NCBI GenBank assembly: GCA_036785375.1
Contig: JAWMAR010000009.1
Coordinates: 15,686,001 to 15,750,000 of the forward strand
DNA from: Leucoraja ocellata
Taxonomy: Eukaryota
DNA: 64,000 nt
Direction of reading: 5' to 3'
Part shown: positions 24,206 through 37,300 of the stretch, one piece after another
Numbering within the stretch: the stretch's first letter is position 1
Layout of the letters: each line of letters starts with the position of its first letter
Translations under genes and position numbers: made by a program
The notes under the pieces: model-generated
Told to the model about the DNA's origin: nothing
What the model saw: the letters and a program-made list of their open reading frames with translations, nothing else
The model's database searches: none

Positions 24206-26080
24206 TCAAAATTAATTAAGTTGCATCATTATACTGAACAAAATCCGTGTTTCGCTCATGTCCAATGTGATAAAACTCTCGACCGGTAAACGTGACCTAT
24301 TCCTTTTCTCCAGAGACGCTGCTCTGAACCGCTGAGTTACTCCAGCTTTCTGCCTCTATCCAAGCTAAAATTGAAATCATATTGATCCCTGCCCCAGCAT
24401 ACCATGTGGCAAGGAGCAGCGTCAGGGAGAAACAAAACCGTCTGGTTTGTATACAACTAAACAAGGAATCTCGTGAGACATCCTGGATCACTGGAAAGCA
24501 GTCCTGTTAAAAATACTTTGTGTTGTGTAGCGGAAGAGAATGGAAGTGGTACGCTGCGCTGGAAATTGATGGCTTAAAGTGCAGATGTGTTTACCTTGAG
24601 TCAACCCCAGTCTGTTTGTGTTGTGCAAGACATTAAGATCCAAACAAGCAACTGTTAATGGAGTTCTGTTCATGAACTGCCAGAGATACAAAGGCTAATG
24701 TCCGCAAGTCTTTTGTAGTTCTTAACCCTTGACTTTAGGTGACAAGTTAAGTGAATATTTTAGTGCCTAGAGTGAGACTTTTTACACATTTGATGATAGA
24801 TCCATCTTGAACCCAACATACTTGGTTCTAAACTTTGTGTGTTTTTGTGGTGTTACAATTGGGTGATTGTAGTGAGTGACATTAAGATCCTTCAGAAATG
24901 CTGTCTTATGAAGCTGTTCCTAAGCATTCTTAATGCAATTTCCAAGTCACAACGCATGGATGTTATTGCAAAGTTATTTTAATTTATATTGAGTATTACT
25001 CTTGATTGCCGAGAATTGTCCAAGATCTGCAGTCTACGTATTAAATCAGTAATTTTCTTCCCTTTGATTTTCCCGCCCCTTGGCCCACATTGAGGCGGCG
25101 GAGTGGCGCAGTGGTAGAGTTGTTGCCTCATCGCGCCAGAGACCTGGGTTCGATCCTGACTACGGGAGGATTTGCAGGGATGACAAAAGCTTGATGAGAG
25201 TGGTGGCCATTTTGGCTTGAGCTGAGGCTTTGCTCCTGTTGCTATGAATCTTTAAAAATCTAAACCACGGCCACTGCAGATACTCAGTCATTGACGTACT
25301 CCAGTCAAGGATAGAGAAGAACTTTTGATATTGAGCGAATCGAAGCTTATGGGGATACTTCAGGAAGGTGGACTGGTAGAAGATTGGCCCTGATCTCTTG
25401 AGCAGCAGTGCTGGCCCAGGGGGCCAAAACACCTACGCCTGCTTCTGTTTATGTTCTTATGTTTAGATCAGGGAATTAGAAGGAAGAGCGGAAGGTGGAG
25501 ATTCCAGAGAGTGGTTTATAATTAACTCCGTCATAAGATCCGCAATCTGTTTAAAGACGTGTTTGTACTTTGAATGGAAAATGCGGAGTAATTGGCTTTT
25601 GGACCATTCTGTGCCACGGGTCAAATGTGTCACGGGCTTAAGCTGTGTATATTTAGTAACCGTATGGCAGCTTAACCATGCTGGAGGAACAAAGCTAATG
25701 TTCCTAAGTCAATTGAAGCACTTGAAGTTTTGCATTATTGGGGCAAGACCAGGGTGACCTTTCTCTTTTGCGGCTGTAACTGGACCTTTACCAAATATTT
25801 GACCGGTCTACCTCTGATATTACACTCGGCAGCCTGCTGAATATTTATGTATCGGCTTTTTCATTGTCAATCTTAATACAGTGTGTTGATAAATGATAAA
25901 CCAGAAGATCCTGAAACACTGTAAATTAAGCTCCTTGGTTATATTTATACAGATCGGCTGTAGGCTGCTAAACCAATTAAGGCAAAGTGACCTTTGTTTG
26001 CCAGTTGGTATTGGTCAGCCTAACCAGTAGTGCTCAAAATGTTTATTCTTCAGGCCCATGTCAATAGTCGGCAGTGATTA

Positions 26081-26389
26081 TTAGTTTAGTTTAGAGATTC
26101 AGCGCCAGAACAAGCCCTTCGGCCGACCGAGTCCGCACTGACCAGCGATTCCCACACACGAACACTGTCCGACACACACGCAGGACAATTTACATTTATA
26201 CCAAGTCAATTAACCCACAAACCTGTACGTCTTTGGCGTGTGGGAGGAAACCGAAGATCTTGGTGGAAACGCACGCAAGTCACGGGGAGAACGTATAAAC
26301 TCCGTAAACACAGCACCCGTGGTCAGGATCGAACCTTGGTCTCCGGCGCTGTAAGGCAGTAGCTCTACCGCTGCGCCACGATACCGCCC
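26081..26389 (-). mobile_element. V-SINE
   Basis: Full head, V domain and (gttta)n tail. Confidence 0.85.
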
Positions 26390-27082
26390 TATTGTTTGGA
26401 CTTGACTGCGTTAGTTCTCCTGCTTGCATTGCTCTTGCCTGGGCTCAAATTACTGCCGCCAGCACTGGAGTGAGTGCTGCAATCTGACAGCGAGGGAAAA
26501 GCTAATGGGACAAGTCTTGTAAAAACGATCACCTGTCAAATGGTTGACCTTGACGTGAGGGTGAGAAGTCCAACTCTAGCCCTGAAGCTGACAAGGAATC
26601 AAAAATGGCCTGAAAAGATAAATATGGTAATGGCCCCAGGTAAACTTCAGCGCATTTTGGAAGTTGCTTCCTGCTTATGAGCTAGGTTGTCACGGCAACT
26701 GGAAACGCACGAGCTGGCTGAATGGAGACACAGGGAACTGCAGATGCTGGAATCTTGAGTAAAAACTCAAAGTGCTGGAGGAACTCAGTCGGTCAGACAG
26801 CACCTGGGGTGGGAATGGACGGGCGATGTTTCAGGTCAGGATTAGATAGATTCTTGATAAGAAAGAGGCTGAAAGGTTGCTGGTGGAATAACGTGAAATT
26901 GAGTTTTAAATCAGTTCGGCTACATTCCTATTAATTAACGGAGGAGTTCTGAGAGGCCGTGGACTACCGTCACTAAGTTCTATGTTCATAGGTACAAACA
27001 ACACTCGCATTTTTAGTCTGTCCATTTAGTGAGCTTGGGCAGTCACATCCAGCTTATTCACTGTTCTTGCTTCAATTAGTAA

Positions 27083-27564
27083 AGGGCCGGTCCCACCAGC
27101 ATGCGACTGCATGCGGCGAGCGCGACCTAATGTGGTCGCTTGAGCCGTACGGCCTCGCGGGGCTGGTCCCACTTTGATCGCAGGAGCCGTATGGAGTTGC
27201 GCGGGGCTGGTCCCGACCACGCACGGGGCTCCAAAAAACTGACTGTTCAAAAATTCCACGCGACAACGGCCTGTCGGCCCGCAGCCGCATTGAGGCCGTA
27301 TGCAGCGCCTCGACGTCGTACGCAGCGTCGCCTAGCGCGTGCCGTTGCGTGATGACGTAACTGCCCGTCGCTGTGCGACGTCCAAATTCAGTCGGCCCGC
27401 CTCCTGCCCAGCTGATTGGTGAGAATGATGTCGGGACCAGCCCCGCACAACTCCAGACGGCTCCGCGGTTGGAATTGGGACTGGCCCCGCGAGGCCGTAC
27501 GCCTCAAGCCACCACGTTTGGTCGCGCTAGACGCATGCAGTCGCATGCTGGTGGGACAGGCCCT
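27083..27564. mobile_element. PIF/Harbinger MITE, CpG-rich
   Basis: AGGGCCGGTCCCACCAGCATGCGACTGCATGCG ... CGCATGCAGTCGCATGCTGGTGGGACAGGCCCT. TAA TSD. About 130-bp imperfect inverted arms. Confidence 0.88.
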
Positions 27565-27644
27565 TAACTCATTATAATACCTCAGTTTAAGGTTTGATTT
27601 TGGGGTTCTGTGAAATCAAAATTTACTGAAGCAGGTTATTTCTT

Positions 27645-27918
27645 TAGACTTTATAGACATAGCACGGACATAGGCCCTTCGGCCCACCGAGTCCACGTCA
27701 ACCAGCGATCACCCCGTACACTAACGCTACCCTGCACACTAGGGACAAGTTACAATTTGTACCAAAGCCAATTAACCTACAGATCTGCACGTCTTTTGAG
27801 TGTGGGAGGAACCCACGCGGTCACGAGAGAACGTGCAAACTCCATTCAGACAGCACCTGTAGTCAGGATCGAACCTGGGTGTCTGGCGCTGTAAAGCAGC
27901 AACTCTACCGTGCAGCCC
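27645..27918 (-). mobile_element. V-SINE
   Basis: Family match. Confidence 0.8.
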
Positions 27919-28994
27919 CTTATTGACTAATTGTCATTCAGTATACTCCACTTATCACCGGTGCATAAGATTTCCTATATTGAATGTAACAAAGGTAGTT
28001 ACATATAGATCTGTAATACGAGCACGAGAGAAACAAAGAACTTTGGGGGGAGGGGGGGGGGGGTAGAGGGGGTCAAAAATATCTTCAACGTTGTTCCAAA
28101 TATTTGCAGCAACCATATTATGCAGCGACTGATCTTAAATAACTACTTTCTGACGAAAGTATGGGAAACGCAATGTTTGCACTTTGTGGACATTTCATGC
28201 TGAAGCAGATGTTCTAGCTAAAATGAATCGTCCATAAAGCTAGCAACCTGGCTGCTCTCTTCAGCAATACATAGCCTCGTTTCATTGCTTTGTGTTAGGC
28301 CAGTACCGATGACTGTGAATCCAATCTGAGCCCCATGGCTTTAGTTTTTATATGCAGGGAGATTACTTTGGGAAATAACTTCTGCACGGCTATTCGAGAA
28401 GATTATAGGGGCTTGGGGTTGTTTACCTTTATCAGAAATGCTCAGCAAAAGAAATAGCATTACACAAAATAAACTTTTTATTTCTTTACTTGTCGACATT
28501 TTGATTCAGACTGCTGTGCATTTGGCATTTCCTGCTAAAAGACCAGAAGGTTTTCCATCTCCATGAAGCCATCATCCAGATTTCACTGCCACGTTTCCCC
28601 TGATGGTGAAATCATTGCACAGAGTGTCACAGAGCCTAATGTGTCAGCCATGGCTTACTGGCAGCGAGCTTACCTCTCGGCCATGTAACAAAGAAAAGCT
28701 GTGTGGGAGAGGGGAAAGGAGCAGTCAAAACATAATAGTGGTGTGGAGGAAGGAACTGCAGATGCCGGTTTAAACTAAAGACAGACACGAAAAGCTGGAG
28801 TAACTCAGCGGGTCAGACAGCATCATGGAGAAAAGGAATAGGCGAGACCCTTCTTCATACTTCAGACATAATAGTAGCACTAGGTTATTCCTCAGGTCAC
28901 CTTGGGCTTCCCCCCTCTCTGAGACAATCCCTCCTCCACCCTTCCTGTAATTTAACAAGCCTTTTCCGCTTCCTTTCCAGTTCTGGCAAAGTGT

Positions 28995-29318
28995 TTAGTT
29001 TAGTTTAGTTTAAATACAGCGCGGAAACAGGACATTCGGCCCACCGGGTCCTTGCCAACCAGCGATCCCCGCACATTAACACCATCCTACACCCACTAGG
29101 GACGATCATTACATTTACCAAGCCGATTAACCTACAAACCCTGAACGTCTTTGGAGTGAGGGAGGAAACTGAAGATCTCGGAGAAAACCCATACAGGTCA
29201 CGGGGAGCACGTACAAACTCCGCACAGACAGCACCCGTAGTCGGGATCGAACCCGGGTCTCCTGAGCTGCATTCGCTGTAAGGCAGCAACTCTACCGCTG
29301 CGCCACCGTGACCGCCCT
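28995..29318 (-). mobile_element. V-SINE, near-consensus copy
   Basis: Full length with (gttta)n tail. Confidence 0.85.
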
Positions 29319-29754
29319 GTATCTTTGTGTCAGTGTTTCCGTGTCTTTGAAACATTGACTCTGTTTCCCTTCCCACAGATACGTCCTGACCCACTGAGAA
29401 ACAGCTTTGTCTATTTCTGCTCTAGGTTTTCTGTTTGTACTTCTAGATTGGACTCTAGCATCTTTTTTAGTGTTCGCATAACAATGGTGCAGTGAGGGAT
29501 ATGCTGAGCCGTGAGGCTACAGATAGTGGTAGTGTACCTTTCTCCTGACTCCTCATGGTCACCCAGTTGTGAGCTGCTAAATCTGTTCTACCATTGACAT
29601 GATTGTGTTGCTTCAGGGTATGGTGTTGTGAAGATGGGGCCTCATGTCCGCCATGACAGTGCAGTGGTCAGTCCTGTCAATGTTATCAAGGTCAGATGCA
29701 TCTATCAAAGGTAGACGGACGAGGACTATGGCATTCATCCCTTGTTTTAGTTCA

Positions 29755-30375
29755 CTGACTCTCTGCCTTAAAAATACCCAAACACTTGGCCTCCATAGCC
29801 GTCTGCGGCAATGAATTCCACAGATTCACCACCCTCTGACTAAATAAATTTCTCCTCATCTCCTTTCTAAAGGTACGTCCTTTTATTCTGAGGCTGTGCC
29901 CTCTGGTCCTAGACTCTCCCACTAGTGAAAACATCCTGTCCACAACCACTCTATCCAGGCCTTTCACTACTTGGTTTTGATTTGACCACCAGCAGTGCGA
30001 GAAAGCCTGGGTTTGGATGTTCATGGAATCATAGAGTGATACAGTGTGGAAACAGGCCCCTCGGCCCAACTTGCCCAGCCTGGCCAACATGTCCCAGCTA
30101 CACTAGCCCCACCTGCCTGCACTTGGTCCATATCCCTCCAAACATGTCCGATCCATGTACCTGTCTGACTGCTTCTTAAATGTTGGGATAGTCCCAGCCT
30201 CAACTACATCATCTGGCAGATTGTTGCATACACCCACCACCCTTTGTGTGAAATAGTTACCCTTAAAATCCTATAAAATCTTTCCCCCTTAACCTTCAAC
30301 CTATGTCCGCTGGTCCTCGATTCACCTACTCTGGGCAAGAGGCCCTGTGCATCTACCCGATCTATTCCTCTCAAG
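29755..30375 (-). mobile_element. Two CR1 3' fragments
   Basis: FPLVGESRTRGH / LPRVGESRT motifs and 3' UTR. Confidence 0.8.
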
Positions 30376-30759
30376 ATCATGCTCGGGACCAATTTTGGCT
30401 GCAATAACATCTGCTGTCAATTAGCTTATTGGAAATTCACTCTGCAAACTTAAGACAACATTTTACCACTGTCACCTGCGGAAATTTATCATGGGAAAAT
30501 GTTTGTGGTTTTGGAACAGGTTGGAGACTGAAAAGGACAACACACCTGCAACATAAAATTATATTACAAATGATGGGCGGCAGCAGATGTTGTTTTGAAC
30601 CGTCAGTTGGAAAACTCCCTGAGGATTGGCAATGTATCTGAGAAGTATGATGCAGTGTGTAGGGGATATTTGACAGTGAGCTGTTCAAACCATCTATAAT
30701 GTACTGCACAGTTGAAAAATTAACACTCTTGGCAGCATCTAATGTCTGTCCAGATGTCT

Positions 30760-31497
30760 GAGAGGTTGAGTAGGCTGAGTCTCTATTCCTTGGAGCGCAG
30801 GAGGATGAGTGTCGATCATATAGAGGCGTATAACACCATCCTGGCCCCGCACTCATCTCCCCGCAACCTTCAGGTAGAAGGTACAGGAGCCTGAAGACTG
30901 CAACGTCCAGGTTCAGGAATAGCTACTTCCCCACAGCCATCAGGCTATTAAACTCGGCTCGGACAAAACGCTGAACATTAATAGCCCATTATCTGTTTAT
31001 TTGCACTTTATCAGTTTATTTATTCATGTGTGTGCATATTTATATAATGGTATATGGTATTCTGTAGTCATGCCTACTATGTTCTGTTGTGCTGAAGCAA
31101 AGCAAGAATTTCATTGTCCTATCAGGGAGACATGACAATAAACTCTCTTGAATCTTGAATCTTGAAAATCATGAGAAGAATAGATCGGGTAGACGCACAG
31201 AGTCTCTTGCCCAGAGTAGGGGAATCAAGAAGCAGAGGACATAGGTTTCAGGTGAGGGGGGAATGATTTAATAGGAACCAAGGAGTAACGTTATCATGCA
31301 ATGGGTGGTGGGTGTATGGAACGAGGTCGTTAAAGCAGGTACGATCGCAATGTTTAAGAAACATTTAAACAGGTACATGGATTAGAGGGATATGGGCCAA
31401 ACGCAGGCAGGTGGGACAAGTGTAGATGGGACATGTTGACCGGTGTGGGCAAGTTTGGCCGAAGGGCTTGTTTCCAGGCTGTAGGACTCTATGACTA
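30760..31497 (+). mobile_element. CR1 3' fragment interrupted by a Rex1 3' end (about 30833-31166)
   Basis: CR1 text is continuous across the insert. The insert ends aataaactct(cttgaat)n. Confidence 0.8.
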
Positions 31498-31689
31498 GGT
31501 CGATTTTGGATTATGATATGGGCATGGCAGTTGAATGTTGTTTGCTGCAGGGGAATATTTGCTTAAATGGGAATTAATTTGGATCAGGTGTGTAATTGTC
31601 GGAAGCTTGATTTTTACATACACGGATAAATTGGGAATGTAAATCATCGGTGACCATGCTCAGTACATTTTTTTGAAGGAAATATGAAG

Positions 31690-32000
31690 TACTATCAGCT
31701 GTTCCAACAGATTTACAAGGATCTGGTATTGTTGGCAGTCCACTAAATTGGACAGGTACAGCTGTCTGCAATGGGATCAGCATACTTGGGAAGTGGAGGC
31801 AGGAATGCACAGACATTGGAGCCAATTTTCCGAGTTCATGTCGCTGGTTGGAATTATTGGCAGCCAGTGGCACACATTGGGTAGAATGACCACAAATGCC
31901 AAGTGTCTGCAGCCCGCTGGCAAAGAATGCTGGCCACACAGGCTCTGCCAATCAGTCTCATTGTCTCAGGCTCATGCCACTGGTTGTAGAATAGAAAGAT
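31690..32000 (+). mobile_element. Old, degenerate LINE fragment (possibly RTE-clade RT C-terminus)
   Basis: Weak resemblance only; heavily decayed. Confidence 0.3.
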
Positions 32001-32800
32001 AGTCTTACAGCGTGGAAAGGGGTCCTTTGGCCCAACTTGCCCACAGCCACATGCTGAGAAGGAATGGCAACATTTCAGGTCGAGACCCAAAACATCACTC
32101 ATTTCTTCTCCCCAGATATGCTGCCTGCCCTGCCGAGTTACTCCAGCATTTTGTGTCCATCTACAATAGTCCCAACTACATGCCTTTGGCCAGTTTCCCT
32201 CTAAACCTGTCCTATCCATGTACCTATCTAAATGTTTCTCAAACGCTGTGATACTACCTGCCTCAACTACCTCCTCCTGCAGCTCGTTCTATACACCCAC
32301 CACCCATTGTATGAAAAAGATACCCCTCTGGTTCTTATTAAATCTTTCCCCCCCCCCTCACCTTAAACCTATATCCTCTGGTTGTCGATTTCCCTCCTCT
32401 GGGCAAGACACCAGTATTTCTTATGGCCAGCACCACCATTCAATATGATCATGGCTGACCATCTAAAATCATTGTCCAAGGAAAGTCACTCAGCGGGACA
32501 GGCAGCATCACCAGAGAAAATACATTGGTGACGTTTTGGGTCGGGTTTGAAGAAGGGTCGCAACCCAAATCGTCACCTATCCATTTTCTCCAGAGATGCT
32601 GCCTGACCCGCTGAGTTACTCCAGCCTTTTCTGTCTAGCTCCACATGAATCATTGTTTTTGCTATCTTTTTTAGTTGAACCATTGGAGGGAATCTTTTCT
32701 TACCGTACAATGCATATTTATTGTTGTCCAGCGTTTTATTTTTGGAATACCTGCAGTCAAGACCAGTCGCATATTTTTCTCTTTCTGTGTTTATGTGCAG

Positions 32801-32942
32801 GGTTTTTTCCGAAGAAGTATCCAAAAGAACATGGTCTACACCTGCCACAGAGATAAGAACTGCATCATCAACAAAGTCACCCGCAATCGGTGTCAGTATT
32901 GCCGACTACAGAAGTGCCTAGAAGTTGGCATGTCCAAGGAAT
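32801..32942 (+). CDS. RARA: RARA coding exon, second zinc finger of the DNA-binding domain
   Basis: Translates [47 protein letters not shown]. Polypyrimidine tract + cag acceptor at 32798-32800, gtaagt donor at 32943. 142 bp, ends in phase 1. Confidence 0.97.
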
Positions 32943-33219
32943 GTAAGTCTCAATGCTCCGTCCGGCCTAATGCATGTCACACGACCGACCGCAAGCTTTC
33001 CTTTGATCATTTGTGTCTGCTATCATACCAAGGAGGTGGAGTGCAGAGTGAACTAACAGGACTTTCAATTCTCAGGTGTCTACCAAGCTGTGGGCATTTT
33101 GTGAAGTGTACTATCATGCTTTTTTAACCAAGTTTTCTATGGAGCTTAGAGAAGTGAATAGAGATCACATTCAGATTTACTAATTCCAACAGTGCTTGAC
33201 ACAGATTGGATGTGGGGAA

Positions 33220-33990
33220 GAGGGCGCAGCGGGAGAGCAATTGCCTTACAGCGCCAGAGACCCGGGTTCAAACCTGACTACGGGTGCTGTCCATGCGGAG
33301 TTTGTACGTTCTCCCAGTAGACAATAGACAATAGGTGCAGGAGTAGGCCATTCGGCCCTTCGAGCCAGCACCGCCATTCAATTTGATCATGGCTGATCAT
33401 CCACAATCAGTGCCTCGTTCCTGCTTTCTCCCCATATCCGCTAACTCCGCTATCTTTAAGAGCTCTATCTAACTCTCTCTTGAAAGCATCCAGAGAACTG
33501 GCCTCCACCGCCTTTTGAGGCAGAGAATTCCACAGACTCACAACTCTCTGTGTGAAAATGTTTTTCCTCATCTCCGTTCTAAATGGCTTACCCCTTATTC
33601 TTAAACTGTGGCCCCTGGTTCTGGATTCCCCCAACATCAGCAACATGTTTCCTGCCTCTGGCGTGTCCAAACCCTTAACAGTCGTATATGTTTCAATAGG
33701 ATACCCTCTCATCCTTCTAAATTCCAGAGTATGCAAGCCCAGCCGCTCCATTCTATCAGCATATGACAGTCCTGCCTTCCCGGGAATAGCCTGCATGGGT
33801 TTTGTCCGAGATCTACGGTTTCCTTCCAAACTCCAAAGGCGCACAGTTTTGTAGGTTAATTGGCTTGGTCTAAATGTAAGACATTGTCCCTAATGTGTGT
33901 AGGGTTGTGTTAATGTGTGGGGACCACTGCTGGATGCAGACCTGGTGAGCCAAAGGGCCTGTTTCCGTGCTGTATCTCTAAACTAAACAA
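33220..33990 (+). mobile_element. V-SINE split by an antisense CR1 3' fragment (about 33318-33788)
   Basis: The SINE breaks at gttctccc and resumes at cctgcatgggtttt. The insert encodes a CR1 ORF2 C-terminus on - (ERLGLHTLEFRRMRG...FTQRVVSLWNSLP). Confidence 0.85.
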
Positions 33991-34374
33991 AAAACTAAGA
34001 TGAGGAATCATGAATCACGGGCCATAGTGTGAAAAGTGCAGAGTTTCCACCCGAATGATTGACCAATCCTTTGCACCCACCACAGATGCTGCCTGTCCTG
34101 CTGAGTTCTTCCATCAGATTAATTGTTGTTCCACATTGCAGCATCTGCAACCTCATGTGTCACCAATATTGTCCCTGTTACAAATTCCATCATGCACCCC
34201 ACCAGAGTCAAACTATCATTTGTCTTATCGTATTTGAATTTGACTTTTTCAATCCATCAGTTCCCCACAGATCCTACTGCTCACTCACATACTAGTGGCT
34301 GTTGGCAGCGGCTAATTAACCTGCCATCCTACATGTCTCTGGGTGGTAGAGGAAAACTTGCGTGTTCACATGTC

Positions 34375-34870
34375 GTTTAGTTTAATTTAGAGATACAGCA
34401 CGGAAACAGGCCCTTCGGCCCACCGAGTCCGGGCAGATCAGCGATCCTCACACATTAACACAACCCTACATACACTTGGGACAATGTATTAGATCAGTGG
34501 TTTCCAACCTTTTTTAGTTCATGGCCCCCTTGGGCTCTCTAATTTTTCTGTGCCCCCCCCCCCCTGACATTATTAGCGGAAAAAAGTGCCCCCCTTCATT
34601 GAACCAGTGGCCCCCTAAACCCCCCAATTTTTCTGTGGCCCCCCTGAAAATTGCCATATGGCCCCAGGCTGGGAATCACTGTATTAGACCAAGCCAATTA
34701 ACCTTCAAACCTGTACGTCTTTGGAGTGTGGGAGGAAAGTGGAGCATGCAGAGAAAACCCACGCGGTCACAGGGAGAACGTACAAACTCCGCACAGACAG
34801 CACCCGTAGTCAGGATCGAACCCGGGTCTCCGGTGCTGTAAGGCAGCAACTCTACTGCTGCGCCACCGTG
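34375..34870 (-). mobile_element. V-SINE containing a hAT MITE
   Basis: SINE halves flank 34495-34681. Confidence 0.85.
34495..34681. mobile_element. hAT (Charlie-like) MITE
   Basis: TIRs CAGTGGTTTCCAACCT / AGGCTGGGAATCACTG. 8-bp TSD tattagat/tattagac. Confidence 0.85.
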
Positions 34871-36214
34871 CAGAATCTACACTGGTAAGCACTGGAGGTT
34901 AACATAGAAACATAGTAAAACTTAGAAATCAGGTGCAGGAGTAGGCCATTCGGCCCTTCGAGCCTGCACTGCCATTCAATATGATCATGGCTGATCATCC
35001 AACTCAGTATCCCGTACCTGCCTTCTCTCCATACCCCCTGATCCCCTTAGCCACAAGGGCCACATCTAACTCCCTCTTAAATATAGCCATATAGTTAAGA
35101 CTGAACTCAGGTCAGTGCATCCGTGAGACTGCAGCTCTACTCGCTGAACCAAAACAGCCACGTTACACAAAAGTGCTGTAATGAAGTTGAAATTATGGAG
35201 TTAATTTTGACGGGAATTTATTCTTATTATGAACTGTAGAGATCTTGTCAGGAGACCAGAATGATCCATCCTCAGCAATGCTAGCATCCCCAATGTCTGT
35301 CCACGGACATTCCTTCTTGGTAGAACACTAATTTGTGACAGGTTGCAACGTGTTGCTGAGTGAAATCCTGATAGTTTTGGGCATTTTGAAAAGCGGCTTC
35401 CAGCCAGATTCTTGCTCAACTGAAGCATGACGGAAATTAAATGAGTTCTGCCTAAAGAAGCCTAAAATGATCTTGTACATATTGAGCTTTTGTTACAAGT
35501 ACTTAGCATTTGTCAGAATGTAAAGAAGCCAATTTGTCAGCTTCGTCCATCATAAGTTATTTAAATTTTCTTGGAAGAGGCCAATTTGCGTAACGGGCTG
35601 ATAATTTACAGTCTGAAATCTGTGATGTATCCACATTCTGATTACACTGAGAATCAGAATGTTCACAAAATCAAATTCCTAAAATGGATCACAAGCCTTC
35701 AAAAGTCATCATTTGTTTTCCATGGACTGCCACATCCCATATTATATATACAATGCATTTATTAATGTTTTATTAGATATATTTACATAGCACCTATTCC
35801 GACGAATAGCATTTCAAAATCATTTGGATATTCTAGAGCATGGAAATGTCCACTCTGACCATCCTTCACCCATTCACACTGGTTTTATGTCACCTAATTG
35901 TTGTATTCATTCCCTACACACTGAAGGCAATTTACAGAGGCCAATTATCCTACAAATCTGCCGTCTTTGGGATGTGGGAGAAAATTGGCGCACTGGAACA
36001 TTTTAATATTTTTTTCTGGCGGATGTGGAAGATGTTTTATAAGTTGTTCTTTCTTCCTCCCTGAACTCAAGTTCTGTAACCTGGTGGAGGTGCAGATCCA
36101 AGGCTTTTTCAGGCTTTGAGCCTTAGAGACCCCGCAAACTGGCTGGTTTTGGCAGGTTATGATTGACTTGATGGGCCGAATGGCCTAATTTTGCTCCAAA
36201 AACTATACGAACAT

Positions 36215-36830
36215 TTTCATAGCAGAAGGATTTCAGTATAGGAGCAGGGAGGTTCTACTGCAGTTGTACAGGGTCTTGGTGAGACCACACCTGGAGTATT
36301 GCGTACAGTTTTGGTCTCCAAATCTGAGGAAGGACATTATTGCCATAGAGGGAGTGCAGAGAAGGTTCACCAGACTGATTCCTGGGATGTCAGGACTTTC
36401 ATATGAAGAAAGACTGGATAGACTCGGCTTGTATTCGCTAGAATCTAGGAGATTGAGGGGGGATCTTATAGAAACTTACAAATTTCTTAAGGAGTTGGAC
36501 AGGCTAGATGCAGGAAGATTGTTCCCGATGTTGGGGAAGTCCAGGACAAGGGGTCACAGCTTAAGGATAAGGGGGAAATCCTTTAAGACCGAGATGAGAA
36601 AGACTTTTTTCACACAGAGAGTGGTGAATCTCTGGAACTCTCTGCCACAGAGGGCAGTTGAGGCCAGTTCATTGGCTATATTTAAGAGGGGGTTAGATGT
36701 GGCTAAAGGGATCAGGGGGTATGGAGAGACGGGATACTGAGTTGGATGATCAGCCATGATCATATTGAATGGCGGTGCAGGCTCGAAGGGCCGAATGGCC
36801 TACTCCTGCACCTATTTTCTATGTATCTAT
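36215..36830 (+). mobile_element. CR1-clade LINE ORF2 C-terminus + 3' UTR (young)
   Basis: Open frame LYRVLVRPHLEYCVQFWSP...QRRFTRLIPG...RRLRGDLIETYK...FFTQRVVNLWNSLP. Confidence 0.92.
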
Positions 36831-36859
36831 ATGTAACATGATATTTTATGGGAATTCAC

Positions 36860-37300
36860 CCTCTCTGTATCGTTAGGTGTCCCAATTCCCACAATTTCTT
36901 GATCTAATAACGATGGTGCTGTGTTTGGGGGGAAGAACTGCACGGATGAGACGGGGCGGTGGGCGGTTGGGTAAGCTGAATTGGAGAGTTCAATGTTCAT
37001 GCCATTGGGTTATAGGCTATCCAAGGTGCTCTTCTCGTTTGCATGTGTCCTCGCTCCGGCGGTGGAGGAGGCAAGGGTGGAAAGATTGTTATGGGAAAGG
37101 GAATTAAAATTGCAAGCAACTGGGTGCTCCATGTGGTCTCGGTGGACATAGCACCAATATCTGGCGAAACAGTCGCCTAGTTTACGCTTGGCCTTGTAGA
37201 CGTCGCGGAGGCCATATTAAGAGCATCGAATGCAATAGGTGAGGTTGGAGGAGGCGAATGTAACCCATGTTCTCACCTGGGAGGAGCTATTTGGGTGCTT
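36860..37300 (-). mobile_element. Penelope-like element GIY-YIG endonuclease remnant
   Basis: Minus strand reads ASSNLTYCIRCS*YGL...KRKLGDCFA...PVACNFNS...PNGMNIELS, matching the PLE GIY-YIG pattern. Confidence 0.7.

Noticed and set aside
1-32800. RARA first zinc-finger exon (CFVCQDKSSGYHYG)
   Set aside because: Not found in the ORF track or by eye. Presumably upstream of the window.
32675-33127. 150-aa ORF as a standalone gene
   Set aside because: Only 32801-32942 is coding, bounded by splice sites. The rest is intronic read-through.
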